Assembly (NCBI GenBank): GCA_964476125.1
Contig: CAYZAE010000003.1
Location: 25,804 to 89,803 of the forward strand
From: an uncultured Verrucomicrobiota bacterium
Lineage (GTDB): Bacteria > Verrucomicrobiota > Verrucomicrobiia > Limisphaerales > CAIMTB01
Length of the DNA: 64,000 nucleotides
Direction of reading: 5' to 3'
The position numbers and the translations under genes were made by a program. Shown one piece after another: positions 52,385-61,321 of this stretch (its first letter is position 1; each line of letters begins with the position of its first letter). The notes under the pieces are model-generated. The model did no database searches and was not told the DNA's origin. It saw only the letters and a program-made list of their open reading frames with translations.

Positions 52385-53653
52385 ATGAAATGGACCGGCG
52401 AACTTTCGGGGTGGGCCCTCGTGCTCACGGCGTGTTTTATGGGGGTTTCCGCGACGGCCCAATCGCAGGATCCCGGGGCGGCGCGGCGGTTGTCCGAGTT
52501 CGGGTTGGCCCCCACGAATTCGGCGGCGGCGAACCGGGTGATTCTTCAGAAGGCGATCGATTGGGCGTCGGAGCGTGGGGCTGCGCTTTTTCTGGAGCCC
52601 TCGGAGGATCCCTATCCGGTGGAGAGCGGGGTGGTGCTGAAGCAGAACGTCTCGTTGATCGGGGTCCATGGTCCGGTGGGTCGGGGGACGCGGCATCCGA
52701 CGCGGCGGCAGCCTGTGGGCAGCGTGTTTCGCATTTCGGACGACCGGGAGCCGTTTCTCACGGTGGAAGGGGCGACGCAGGTGCGGGGGGTGCAGTTCTG
52801 GTACCCGGAGCAGACCTTGGACGATCCGTCGAAGGTGATCGCCTACCCGGCGACGATCCGGCTTTCCCCCACGCAATCGGCGCAGGGCGTGACCTTGTCC
52901 TGTCTCACGTTTTACGGGGAGTTTCTGGCCATGGACTTCAACGCGCCGAAGGGCCGGCCGTGTGAGCAGATCCTTTTCGAGCATTGCTATGGCTATCCCC
53001 TGGGTGGGGAGTTCATCCGGGTGGACTATTGCTACGACATTCCTCGGATTCTCCATTGCCATGTGAATCCGGCGAATCTGCGGTATTTCCGGGGTGGCTA
53101 CAGTCGCGCGGTGATCGATTCGGTCGTCGCCCGAAAGACCTTCACCTACGCCATCAATCACACCGACAACGCCGTGCTCATGGACCTTTTCACCTTCGGG
53201 GCGTACGGGGGGGTCTATCTCGGTCCGGCCACCTATGGGCAGCTGACCAGTTTCAATCTCGATTGCGTGACTGTTGGAATTCACAAGCGGGGGGATGGGA
53301 CCTTCAACCGCAACTGGCAGCTTTCCCAGGGCTCGATCATCGCCAACACGGGCGCCCGGTTGGAGGACATCCATCCGATCGTGATCGAAGGCCAGGGGCA
53401 TACCGCGCTCGCCAACGTTGAGGCGTTCTCCGGTGGCAACGGCGCCCTGAGCACCCTCAACCAATCCCAGGATTTCCTGCTCGTCCGCGGGGACAAGCGT
53501 CTCACGGTGACCCTGGTCGGATGCCGGATGAGAAACCATGCGGCAGCGGATCCGGTCACCCTTGAGAATCCCAGGGCCACGGTGCGTGCCGTGGCTTGCG
53601 TGGATCGTGACGAGAAGATCTTCGACCGGACCTGGGGCGAGCGGGGCGAGTGA
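52385..53653 (+). CDS. Secreted right-handed beta-helix protein (pectate-lyase superfamily / GH55-GH28-like); substrate unknown
   Basis: A signal peptide is followed by the N-terminal segment EFGLAPTNSAAANRVILQKAIDWASERGAALFLEP, which resembles the DFGA..DG..D.T.A.Q.AI opening of Pectate_lyase_3 domains. The rest shows periodic short beta-strand repeats. The assignment is from recollection only. Confidence 0.5.
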   Translation: MKWTGELSGWALVLTACFMGVSATAQSQDPGAARRLSEFGLAPTNSAAANRVILQKAIDWASERGAALFLEPSEDPYPVESGVVLKQNVSLIGVHGPVGRGTRHPTRRQPVGSVFRISDDREPFLTVEGATQVRGVQFWYPEQTLDDPSKVIAYPATIRLSPTQSAQGVTLSCLTFYGEFLAMDFNAPKGRPCEQILFEHCYGYPLGGEFIRVDYCYDIPRILHCHVNPANLRYFRGGYSRAVIDSVVARKTFTYAINHTDNAVLMDLFTFGAYGGVYLGPATYGQLTSFNLDCVTVGIHKRGDGTFNRNWQLSQGSIIANTGARLEDIHPIVIEGQGHTALANVEAFSGGNGALSTLNQSQDFLLVRGDKRLTVTLVGCRMRNHAAADPVTLENPRATVRAVACVDRDEKIFDRTWGERGE

Positions 53654-53699
53654 CGGGGACGGGGCGGGACGGGGCGTCGTTGCGCAACGGCGACAGTCT

Positions 53700-53723
53700 C
53701 CGCTCGGCAGGAGAGCGGGTTTT
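53700..53723 (+). terminator. Candidate intrinsic terminator after the beta-helix gene
   Basis: CCGCTC-ggcagga-GAGCGG is followed by gTTTTcc. The stem is 6 bp and the U-tract is short. Confidence 0.4.
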
Positions 53724-53746
53724 CCGGGGTGGCGGGCTGCCCGGGG

Positions 53747-55243
53747 TTATCGGCGTCCGCCGATCACGGGACGCGAGGGGCTGCGCAGTTCCCGGGTGCG
53801 CATGAGGGTGGCGATTTCGGCGTCCGGAAGGGCCCTCTGCCAGAGTGCGGCCTCCTCGATCTGGCCGGTGAAGGGAGGAGCGGCTGGGCCGCCGTCGCCA
53901 TCGGCCCCCACCCGGGTGGGAATCTCCCCGGCCGTAAGTGCGCCACCCGACCAGGCGTGGCGGGCCATGCGGATCCCGTCACAGAAGAGGTCGAGTTGAG
54001 CGCCATCATAGCGGCCGGCGAGATCGTGCCAGGCCGTGGGATCGATGCGGGACACGGGAAACGACACCCGACCGGTGCCCCGGGCGGTGTGGACTTCGAA
54101 AACCACGTCCGGCCCCGGGGTTCCGGGCAGATCGGCGCCGTACAATCGGAACGAAAATCGTTCCTCGGAATCCCGACGCGTGAGGAGAGCGTTGTTCCAG
54201 CGCCCGGCAGGGTCCCGGAGGCGGAGGTAGGTCGTGAGGCTTGGGCCGGCGACGTCGATGTCTTTGCCGGCGTCGAACCAAGCCCCGCGCAGGTCGGCAA
54301 CGGTCGTTCCGGTGAGCGCGCCGCGGCCTTGGGAACGCACGTCGAAATCGGAATCCGCCACCTGCCGCAGCGGAAAACGGGAACCGTGGCCTCCGACACC
54401 GAGGTCCCAGGCGGCCGTGGCCTCGGCGAGGATGAGCTGCCGTCGCCGGCTCGACTCCGCCCGGGTCCAGCGGCGCTCGGGGAGATCTGAGATGGGGCGT
54501 AGCACCTTGAGCCGGATGTCCTTGAACTGGGCGACCGACGGTGGGCCGGAATGCAACTGGAGCGCCAGCGCGCCGCGGAGGTCGGATCGGACCCGGTCAC
54601 GGTCCTCCACTTCGGCCGCGAGACGGCCGTCGACGCGGAGTGTGAGGGTGGGGCCGCGGCAGATGAGGTGGTACTCGTGCCAGTCTTCAAGCCGGAACCA
54701 GGCGGGTCCGGAGGCTTCGGGGAGGTCGCGGGAGGTGGTGCGGCCCTCGGCATCGAAGACTGTGCGTTTGCCGCGAAAGGCCAGGGTGTGACGTCCGAAT
54801 TCGTCGTAAAGCCGGACCAGCCATTCCGTCTGAAGATTGTTGTCCACCTGATACCCGGCGACATCGCCGTCGGGGAGGACGCGGCTGCGAAATTGGAACC
54901 CGTTGTTGATGGCCCCTTCGCCGCGGACCCGGGAGACCAGCTTGAGTTCGAAGTCCGCGAGTTCCCCGATCTGCCAGACCAGATACTGGTTGGTGGAGCA
55001 GGGGTGGTCGCGGGTGATGCGGCCTGTGATGGCTCCTTCCTCGACGGACCAGTAGCTCATGTCCGGAGCCTTCCAGCCATCGAAGGAGCGTCCATCAAAG
55101 ATCGGGACGAAGCCCGGGCCATCGATGGTTTCAGCCGCGTGCGAGCTCTGTTCGAGCGGGGAATGGGCCAGGCCGAGGAGCAGCCAGGGCAGGGCCGTCC
55201 CGAGGCGTTGCAGGCGATGGCGCAACCAGGGAACGGGGCTCAC
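53747..55243 (-). CDS. Secreted DUF1080 (3-keto-disaccharide hydrolase-like) domain protein with a C-terminal LamG domain
   Basis: The start is GTG, followed by a signal peptide. The DUF1080 pattern is FVPIFDGRSFDGWK...WSVEEGAITG...NNGFQFRS...GYQVD...LQLHSGPPSVAQFKDIRLKVL. The LamG-like tail is WHDLAGRYDGAQLDLFCDG...GQIEEAALWQRALPDAEI. Confidence 0.88.
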   Translation of the reverse strand: MSPVPWLRHRLQRLGTALPWLLLGLAHSPLEQSSHAAETIDGPGFVPIFDGRSFDGWKAPDMSYWSVEEGAITGRITRDHPCSTNQYLVWQIGELADFELKLVSRVRGEGAINNGFQFRSRVLPDGDVAGYQVDNNLQTEWLVRLYDEFGRHTLAFRGKRTVFDAEGRTTSRDLPEASGPAWFRLEDWHEYHLICRGPTLTLRVDGRLAAEVEDRDRVRSDLRGALALQLHSGPPSVAQFKDIRLKVLRPISDLPERRWTRAESSRRRQLILAEATAAWDLGVGGHGSRFPLRQVADSDFDVRSQGRGALTGTTVADLRGAWFDAGKDIDVAGPSLTTYLRLRDPAGRWNNALLTRRDSEERFSFRLYGADLPGTPGPDVVFEVHTARGTGRVSFPVSRIDPTAWHDLAGRYDGAQLDLFCDGIRMARHAWSGGALTAGEIPTRVGADGDGGPAAPPFTGQIEEAALWQRALPDAEIATLMRTRELRSPSRPVIGGRR

Positions 55244-55270
55244 AACACAACGGGGGGCGGGGTCGGTGCC

Positions 55271-56161
55271 TCAGGCCAGGCCGAGTCGTTGAACGACTTC
55301 GACCGTGGATCGGGATTTGTTGAGGCAGTAGAAGTGAAGGTTGTTCACCCCCCGATCGAGCAGTTCACGGCATTGCCGGGCGGCGTACTCGATGCCGAAC
55401 GCGATGGCGGCTTCGTCGTCGGCGCCGATCTCCTGCAATCGCGCGAGCATCGGAGCGGGAATCCTGGCGCCGCAGAGGGCGGTGAACTTTTGCAGTTGGG
55501 AGCCCGAGAGGACCGGGAGGATCCCGGGTACGAGCGTCACATGGGAGCCCAGTCGGTTCCGCAGATGATCCTGGAACGCGAAGAAATCCGCATTGTCGAA
55601 GAACAGCTGGGTGATCACGAAATCCGCACCCTGGTCGACCTTGTGCTTGAGCCGTTCCCAATCGACCTCGCGGCCCTCCTTACAGGCGATGTGGCCTTCG
55701 GGAAAGCCGGCCACGCCGATGCAGAAGCCGCCCATTTCCCGGATGAAGCGGACCAGTTCCCAGGAGTATTCGAAACCACCGTCCACCTTCTGCCATTCCG
55801 CGGAGCCAGCCGGCGGGTCGCCGCGGAGGGCGAGGATGTTCCGGATGCTGCGGCCCTTGGCGTCCTCGAGCACGGCCTGGAGTTGGTCCCGGGTGGAGTT
55901 GACGCAGGTGAGGTGCGCCATGGCGACGAGGCGGTGCTGGTTCTGGATCCGCTCGACGATGCCGAGGGTCTTGTCGCGGGTGCTGCCGCCGGCTCCGTAG
56001 GTGACGGAGCAGTAATCGGGGCGGATCTGGAGCAGGGCCGGGACCGTCTTCTCAAGGAGGTTGCGTTCGCCCTCCTCCGTCTTGGGGGGGAAGAACTCGA
56101 AGGATAGGCAGGGGCGTCCCTCCCTGATGCGGCGGGCGTGGATGTCGAGGATGAACTCCAT
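55271..56161 (-). CDS. metF: Methylenetetrahydrofolate reductase
   Basis: The sequence reads LSFEFFPPKTEEGE...CSVTYGAGGSTR...AHLTCV...NILALRGDPP...TQLFFD. I prefer ATG 56161; the track start is a TTG at 56200. Confidence 0.93.
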   Translation of the reverse strand: MEFILDIHARRIREGRPCLSFEFFPPKTEEGERNLLEKTVPALLQIRPDYCSVTYGAGGSTRDKTLGIVERIQNQHRLVAMAHLTCVNSTRDQLQAVLEDAKGRSIRNILALRGDPPAGSAEWQKVDGGFEYSWELVRFIREMGGFCIGVAGFPEGHIACKEGREVDWERLKHKVDQGADFVITQLFFDNADFFAFQDHLRNRLGSHVTLVPGILPVLSGSQLQKFTALCGARIPAPMLARLQEIGADDEAAIAFGIEYAARQCRELLDRGVNNLHFYCLNKSRSTVEVVQRLGLA

Positions 56162-56539
56162 GAGCGATGCATCATGGGGCCAGGAGGGGGAGCAATTCAA
56201 GCGGGCTCAGGGGTCAAGTCGGACGGGGCGGCGGGATCAGGGGGATTCCTTTTCGGAGGGGACGGGTCGGGAGCCCGTCACGCAGCGGGGCAGTCTCGCC
56301 CCTCGATGGCCGGGTTTGGTCACGGGAGGGTCGCGGGCTGCCGTTTTGAATGGGAAAACCTTCCGGCCCGAGGGGTTGGTCGCGGATTCGCGAGCCTTGG
56401 GGGCCGGCGACCTCCCCGGATTCGGGCAGGGGACCGGTAACCTCCCGACAGATTTCGCGTCTGGACGTGCGGTTTCGAGGGATCGATCGCGGAACACAGG
56501 CACAGCAACAGAGCAACGGTAACGGTCAACGACGTCGAC

Positions 56540-58078
56540 ATGAGCACCCCATCCAAGTTTCCGATTGTCCGCTGGCTGGTCATCCTGGCGCTCCTGGGCG
56601 GCGGAGGTTACGCAGGGTACCGCTACTGGCAGAAGCCGTCCGCGGGCAGGCCGGAGTTCCAGACTGCGGCGGTGGCCCGCGGTGACATTGTGCAGTCGGT
56701 GACTGCGAACGGTTCGCTGACGCCGGTGCGGATGGTGGACATCGGGTGTCAGATCTCGGGGGTGATCACGGACATCAAGGTGGATTTCAATTCGAAGGTG
56801 AAGGAGGGCGAGTTGGTGGCGCAGATCGATCCCGCCACCTACGAGCGGGCCCTGGGGGAGGCCGATGCGCAGCTTGCGAATGCCAATGCCTCGCTGGAAC
56901 TCGCGCAACTGGAGTTTGTCCGCGGCGAGCAGATGCTGGCCGAGAAGCTGATTTCGCAGTCCGAATTCGACACCAAACGGGTGGCGCTGACCCAGGCCAA
57001 GGCCATGGTGAAAACCCGCGATGCCGCCGTGGAGCGGGCCCGGGTCGACCTGGGCCGTACGCGCATCTTTGCCCCGATGGACGGCATCGTGATTTCCCGG
57101 AAGGTGGAGGTCGGGCAGACCGTGGCGGCGAGCATGAATGCGCCGACCCTGATGGTGATCGCCAATGATCTGGCGAAGATGCGGATCGAGGCGGCGGTCG
57201 CCGAAGCCGACGTGGGAGGGCTGGAGGAGGGACAGCCGGTCCAGTTCACGGTCGATGCCTTTCCCGGCCGTCAGTTCCGGGGTCTGGTCAAGCAGGTCCG
57301 GTTCGCGCCCACCACCAACCAGAGCGTGATCACCTACACCACCGTGGTGGAGGTGGATAACCGTGATCTCAAGCTGCGCCCGGGCATGACCGCCAACGCC
57401 CGCTTCATCACCTCCGAAAAGCGTGGAACACTCAAACTGCCCAATGCCGCGTCCCGCTTCCGCCCTCCGGCCGGGGCGGTCATTCGCGGCGACACCAACG
57501 CCGCACCCGCCGGGGGCGCCGCCGCGCCGGCCGCCGTGGCCCTCATCGAAAGCGGCCCCTTCGCCGGGTTGCCGGTGATGCCCTGGATGGCCGGGGGTGA
57601 ACGCCGTCGGCCGACCGACGAGGAGCGGGCGGCCTACTCCGCGTCCCTCACTCCCGAGCAGAAGGAGAAATACGAGAAGATCATGTCGGAGATGCGCGCC
57701 CGGTTTTCGCAGGGAGGTGGACCTGGCGGCGGCGGCGGCGGGGGTGGTGGTGGCGGCGGGGGATTCGGGGGTGGTGGCGGGGGTGGAGGAGGTGGTGGTG
57801 GTGGCGGCGGCGGAGCGAGGCGTACGGAGGATGGACCGCGGACCGCGACCCTTTATCTGGTGGACAAGGAGTCCGATGGCGCGGGTGGGGAGCAGACCGT
57901 TCTCAAGCCTGTGACGGTGAAGCTTGGGATCAGCGATGCCACCAGCATTGAAGTGCTGGAAGGACTCAAGGAGGGGGATGTGGTGGCGACCGGGGTCCTG
58001 TCCAAGACGGCCGCCGCCGCAACCCCGGCGCGGGGAAGTCCGTTTGGGAGTCCGTTCGGTGGTGGACGTCCCCGCTGA
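56540..58078 (+). CDS. Efflux periplasmic adaptor (HlyD/MacA family membrane fusion protein) with a C-proximal poly-glycine tract
   Basis: An N-terminal anchor helix is followed by the barrel-sandwich/coiled-coil pattern GSLTPVRMVDIGCQISGVITDIKVDFNSKVKEGELVAQID...IFAPMDGIVISRKVEVGQTV. It is followed by ABC ATPase and FtsX-type permease genes. Confidence 0.9.
   Translation: MSTPSKFPIVRWLVILALLGGGGYAGYRYWQKPSAGRPEFQTAAVARGDIVQSVTANGSLTPVRMVDIGCQISGVITDIKVDFNSKVKEGELVAQIDPATYERALGEADAQLANANASLELAQLEFVRGEQMLAEKLISQSEFDTKRVALTQAKAMVKTRDAAVERARVDLGRTRIFAPMDGIVISRKVEVGQTVAASMNAPTLMVIANDLAKMRIEAAVAEADVGGLEEGQPVQFTVDAFPGRQFRGLVKQVRFAPTTNQSVITYTTVVEVDNRDLKLRPGMTANARFITSEKRGTLKLPNAASRFRPPAGAVIRGDTNAAPAGGAAAPAAVALIESGPFAGLPVMPWMAGGERRRPTDEERAAYSASLTPEQKEKYEKIMSEMRARFSQGGGPGGGGGGGGGGGGGFGGGGGGGGGGGGGGGGARRTEDGPRTATLYLVDKESDGAGGEQTVLKPVTVKLGISDATSIEVLEGLKEGDVVATGVLSKTAAAATPARGSPFGSPFGGGRPR
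57713..57814 (+). repeat. GGN codon run (34 codons) encoding GGGPG13FG16 inside the adaptor gene
   Basis: Read directly from nucleotides and translation: ...[39 protein letters not shown]... Confidence 0.95.
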
Positions 58079-58126
58079 TGGCCCGTTGATTGCCGATTGG
58101 AGCCTTAGGAATCCCTGGACACCGCG

Positions 58127-58885
58127 ATGGAACCCATCATCAGGCTGAAAGATTTCCGGCGCACGTACCGGAACGGGACCTTGGAGGTCCATGCCGTCCG
58201 TGGCGTGACGCTCGACATCCACCCGGGGGAGTTCGTGGCGATCATGGGAGCGAGCGGCTCCGGCAAATCGACCATGATGAACACGATCGGGTGTCTGGAT
58301 CGCCCGACGTCCGGACTTTACCTGCTGGATGGCGTGGACATCGGGAAGCTTGATCGCGACCAGCTGGCGGATCTGCGGAACCTGAAGCTCGGGTTTGTTT
58401 TTCAGGGGTTCAATCTGCTTTCGAGGACCTCGGCCCTGGAGAACGTCGAGCTGCCGATGATGTACACGCGACCGCCGATCCCGGCGCGGGAGCAGTCGCG
58501 GCGCGCGCTGGCGGCGTTGACGATGGTGGGGTTGGGGGAGCGGGCTGATCATTACCCGAACCAGTTGTCCGGCGGCCAGCAGCAGCGGGTGGCGATTGCC
58601 CGTGCCCTGGTCAATGAGCCCCGGGTGTTGCTGGCCGACGAACCCACCGGAAACCTCGACACGCGGACGAGCATTGAGGTGATGGGTGTTTTTCAGGCCT
58701 TGAACGAGCAGGGCATCACCATCGTGATGGTGACCCACGAGCTCGACATCGCCAGTTACTCGAAGCGCGTGGTGGTCATGCGCGACGGGTTGGTCCGCAC
58801 CGACGAGCCGGTCCTTCGCCGGTCGACCGCCTCGGAGGAGATCGCCAAGATCGAGGCCGAGCAGAAGGCCGTCCACCTCGCCTGA
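58127..58885 (+). CDS. ABC transporter ATP-binding protein (MacB/LolD-type)
   Basis: Walker A is GASGSGKST, the signature is [15 protein letters not shown], Walker B is [11 protein letters not shown], and the H-loop is VTHE. Confidence 0.96.
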   Translation: MEPIIRLKDFRRTYRNGTLEVHAVRGVTLDIHPGEFVAIMGASGSGKSTMMNTIGCLDRPTSGLYLLDGVDIGKLDRDQLADLRNLKLGFVFQGFNLLSRTSALENVELPMMYTRPPIPAREQSRRALAALTMVGLGERADHYPNQLSGGQQQRVAIARALVNEPRVLLADEPTGNLDTRTSIEVMGVFQALNEQGITIVMVTHELDIASYSKRVVVMRDGLVRTDEPVLRRSTASEEIAKIEAEQKAVHLA

Positions 58886-58897
58886 ACCAAGCCACGC

Positions 58898-60112
58898 ATG
58901 ATCGCCATTTTTCGAACCGCCCTGAGGGCCATCCGCCGCAACATCCTCCGGTCCTTCCTCACGATGCTTGGCATCATTGTCGGCATTGCTGCCGTCATTG
59001 TCGGGGTGAGCATGGGGGCGGGGGCCAAGGCCGAGGTCGACAAGCAGATCGCCAGCATGGGGAACAACCTGGTGATCATTTTCTCCGGCAACATGTCCCG
59101 GGGTGGGGTTCGTGGAGGGTTCGGGGCGCAACCGTCGCTCACGGATCGCGACTATGACGCCCTGCGCCGTGACGTTCCCGGCGTGGTCGGACTGAGTCCC
59201 GAGGTGCGCACCACGGTTCAGGCCGCCTCGGGCAACCAGAACACCTCGGTCGGGATTTATGGCGTGAGCGCCGACTACATCGACATCCGTTCCTGGAAGT
59301 TCCAGGCGGGTGACAATTTCACGGAGGGTGACGTCCGGGACGCGAACAAGGTGTGCATCATCGGCAACACGACCTCGGCCGCGCTGTTCGGCCAGGGGGT
59401 GAATCCGGTCGGGCAGATCATCCGGCTGAAGAACGTGCCGTTTGCCATCGTGGGCTGGCTGGCTTCCAAGGGGGCGAACGCGTTCGGGCAGGACCAGGAC
59501 GATGTGGTGATCCTGCCCTACACGAGCGCCATGAAGCGGTTGTCCGGGGATACCAAATTCCGTTCGTTCAGCCTGCAGGCCGCGAGTGCTGACGCCCTGG
59601 CGGATGTCACCAACGAGGTGGTGTCGGTGCTCCGCCAGCTGCACCAGATCACGCCCGACAAGGAGGATGACTTTTCGGTCCGCACGCAGCAGGACATGAG
59701 TGAGTTCATGAATGCGAACAACCGGATCATGACGGTCCTGATCGGGACGTTCGCGGGCATCTCGCTGGTGGTGGGAGGCATCGGGATCATGAACATCATG
59801 CTGGTGAGTGTGACCGAGCGGACCCGGGAGATCGGCATCCGTCTGGCGGTTGGAGCGCGTGCGCGGGATGTTCTGCGGCAGTTTCTCACCGAGGCCGTGC
59901 TGCTCAGCGCCGCCGGCGGATTGCTGGGGATCGGGACCGGCTACTGGCTCGCCCCGCTGCTCACCCGCGTGGCGAATTTCCCGACCTTGATCTCCGAGAG
60001 TTCGGTCATCCTGGCCTTTTCCGTCAGCGCGGTGATCGGGGTGGTGTTCGGATTCTTCCCGGCGCTCAAGGCGGCGAATCTCGATCCCATCGACGCGCTT
60101 CGCTACGAGTGA
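58898..60112 (+). CDS. ABC transporter permease (MacB_PCD plus FtsX domain)
   Basis: The sequence starts ALRAIRRNILRSFLTMLGIIVGIAAVI. A periplasmic core domain follows. The C-terminal FtsX region is ERTREIGIRLAVGARARDVLRQFLTEAVLLS...FFPALKAANLDPIDALRYE. Confidence 0.95.
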   Translation: MIAIFRTALRAIRRNILRSFLTMLGIIVGIAAVIVGVSMGAGAKAEVDKQIASMGNNLVIIFSGNMSRGGVRGGFGAQPSLTDRDYDALRRDVPGVVGLSPEVRTTVQAASGNQNTSVGIYGVSADYIDIRSWKFQAGDNFTEGDVRDANKVCIIGNTTSAALFGQGVNPVGQIIRLKNVPFAIVGWLASKGANAFGQDQDDVVILPYTSAMKRLSGDTKFRSFSLQAASADALADVTNEVVSVLRQLHQITPDKEDDFSVRTQQDMSEFMNANNRIMTVLIGTFAGISLVVGGIGIMNIMLVSVTERTREIGIRLAVGARARDVLRQFLTEAVLLSAAGGLLGIGTGYWLAPLLTRVANFPTLISESSVILAFSVSAVIGVVFGFFPALKAANLDPIDALRYE

Positions 60113-60132
60113 GCGGCGAAGCGCGCCGGGTG

Positions 60133-60150
60133 CGAAGCGGGGCCGCTTCG
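60133..60150. terminator. GC hairpin between convergent permease and purU genes; possible bidirectional terminator without a U-tract
   Basis: CGAAGCGG-gg-CCGCTTCG is effectively a 7-bp stem with a 4-nt loop. It lies in the 46-nt gap between the stops at 60112 and 60159. Confidence 0.3.
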
Positions 60151-60158
60151 GTGCGGCG

Positions 60159-61010
60159 TCAATCCAGCACGACGGTCCGGTTTCCGCAGAGGAACACGCG
60201 GTTTTCGAACACCAGTCGCACGGCCCGCGAGAGCACCGCCTGTTCCACATCACGGCCCGCCTGCTGCAGATCCCCGGCGGAATGGGTGTGGTCCACGGGG
60301 ATCACCTGCTGGACGATGATCGGTCCTTCGTCGAGTTTTTCGGTGACGAAATGGGCGGTGGCGCCGATCACCTTGACCCCGCGTTCGAAGGCCTGGTGAT
60401 AGGGGCGGGCGCCCACGAAGGCCGGCAGGAAGGAGTGGTGGATGTTGATGATGCGGCTGGGGAAGCGGCCGATGAAGTCCGGGCTGAGAATCCGCATGTA
60501 TTTGGCCAGGACCAGGTAGTCCGGCGCATAGGGTTCGATCGCCCGGAGGACCGCCTGTTCGTGGGATTCGCGGTCGAGTCCGTCGTGGGGCACGCAGTGG
60601 AACGGCAGGTCGAAGCGCCGGACCAGCGGTTCGAGAATCGCGTGGTTGCTGACCACGGCCAGCAGGCGCGCGTTGATCTCCGAATACGCGTGGCGGATCA
60701 GCACATCCGCCAGGCAGTGATGTTCGCGCGTCGCGAGGATCACAACCCGCTTGGGCTCCATCCGGGACAGCCGGATTTCGGCCCCTTCCGGAAGCAGCCG
60801 GCGGAGTTCCTCCACGATGCGTTCCCCCTCCACGGTGCCGTCGAATTCCGTCCGCATGAAGAATCGGGAGGTCGGGCGGTCGACGAATTCCTGGTTGCCG
60901 ACCACGTTGACTCCGTGGCGGAAGAGCACACCGGTGATTCCGTGGACCAGTCCCGGGCGATCGGCGCATTCGACGATCAGGACGCGGGAATCGGGGGGGA
61001 TGGGGGCCAT
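60159..61010 (-). CDS. purU: Formyltetrahydrofolate deformylase
   Basis: An ACT-like N-terminus (VLIVECADRPGLVHGITGVLFRHGVNV) is followed by the formyltransferase core IINIHHSFLPAFVGARPYHQAFERGVKVIGATAHFVTEKLDEGPII. I prefer ATG 61010 over the track start at 61304. Confidence 0.93.
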   Translation of the reverse strand: MAPIPPDSRVLIVECADRPGLVHGITGVLFRHGVNVVGNQEFVDRPTSRFFMRTEFDGTVEGERIVEELRRLLPEGAEIRLSRMEPKRVVILATREHHCLADVLIRHAYSEINARLLAVVSNHAILEPLVRRFDLPFHCVPHDGLDRESHEQAVLRAIEPYAPDYLVLAKYMRILSPDFIGRFPSRIINIHHSFLPAFVGARPYHQAFERGVKVIGATAHFVTEKLDEGPIIVQQVIPVDHTHSAGDLQQAGRDVEQAVLSRAVRLVFENRVFLCGNRTVVLD

Positions 61011-61321
61011 GGGCTGGGGAGGAGCATGCCCGGGAGCCGACGGGGAGGCAACCGGGGCGGTTTTCGCGGCGGCCAGCGCAAGGCTGGCTGATGGCGATCG
61101 CAAGAAACGGTTAGGCTTGGCCAACGCCGGTAAAGCCCTTGAGGGGGGGTGGCGGCGATGGTTTCCACGCCTTCCGGCATGGTTCCGACACGGGATTCCG
61201 AAAGCTTTGAGAACGGGCGAACCCCACGGGCGGAGTCGAAGGCCAAACCGATGTTCCCACTCGATCCAGCGCGGCGATTCGGCGGTTTCCGTCGGGCCGT
61301 CCATGCCGCCCTCCTCCTGCC

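Noticed and set aside
56201-56539. 339-nt divergent region between metF and the efflux adaptor gene, examined for a SAM-type riboswitch or small ORF
   Set aside because: I could see only short hairpins (e.g. GACGGG-tcgggag-CCCGTC) and a CA-rich leader before the adaptor gene. I cannot match any riboswitch consensus by eye. A covariance-model scan (Rfam/Infernal) would be needed.
56237-60253. 1338-aa minus-strand ORF, the longest in the track
   Set aside because: It lies opposite the complete MacA-like adaptor, ABC ATPase (Walker A/B and signature motifs) and FtsX permease genes and spans their intergenic gaps. It is a shadow ORF.
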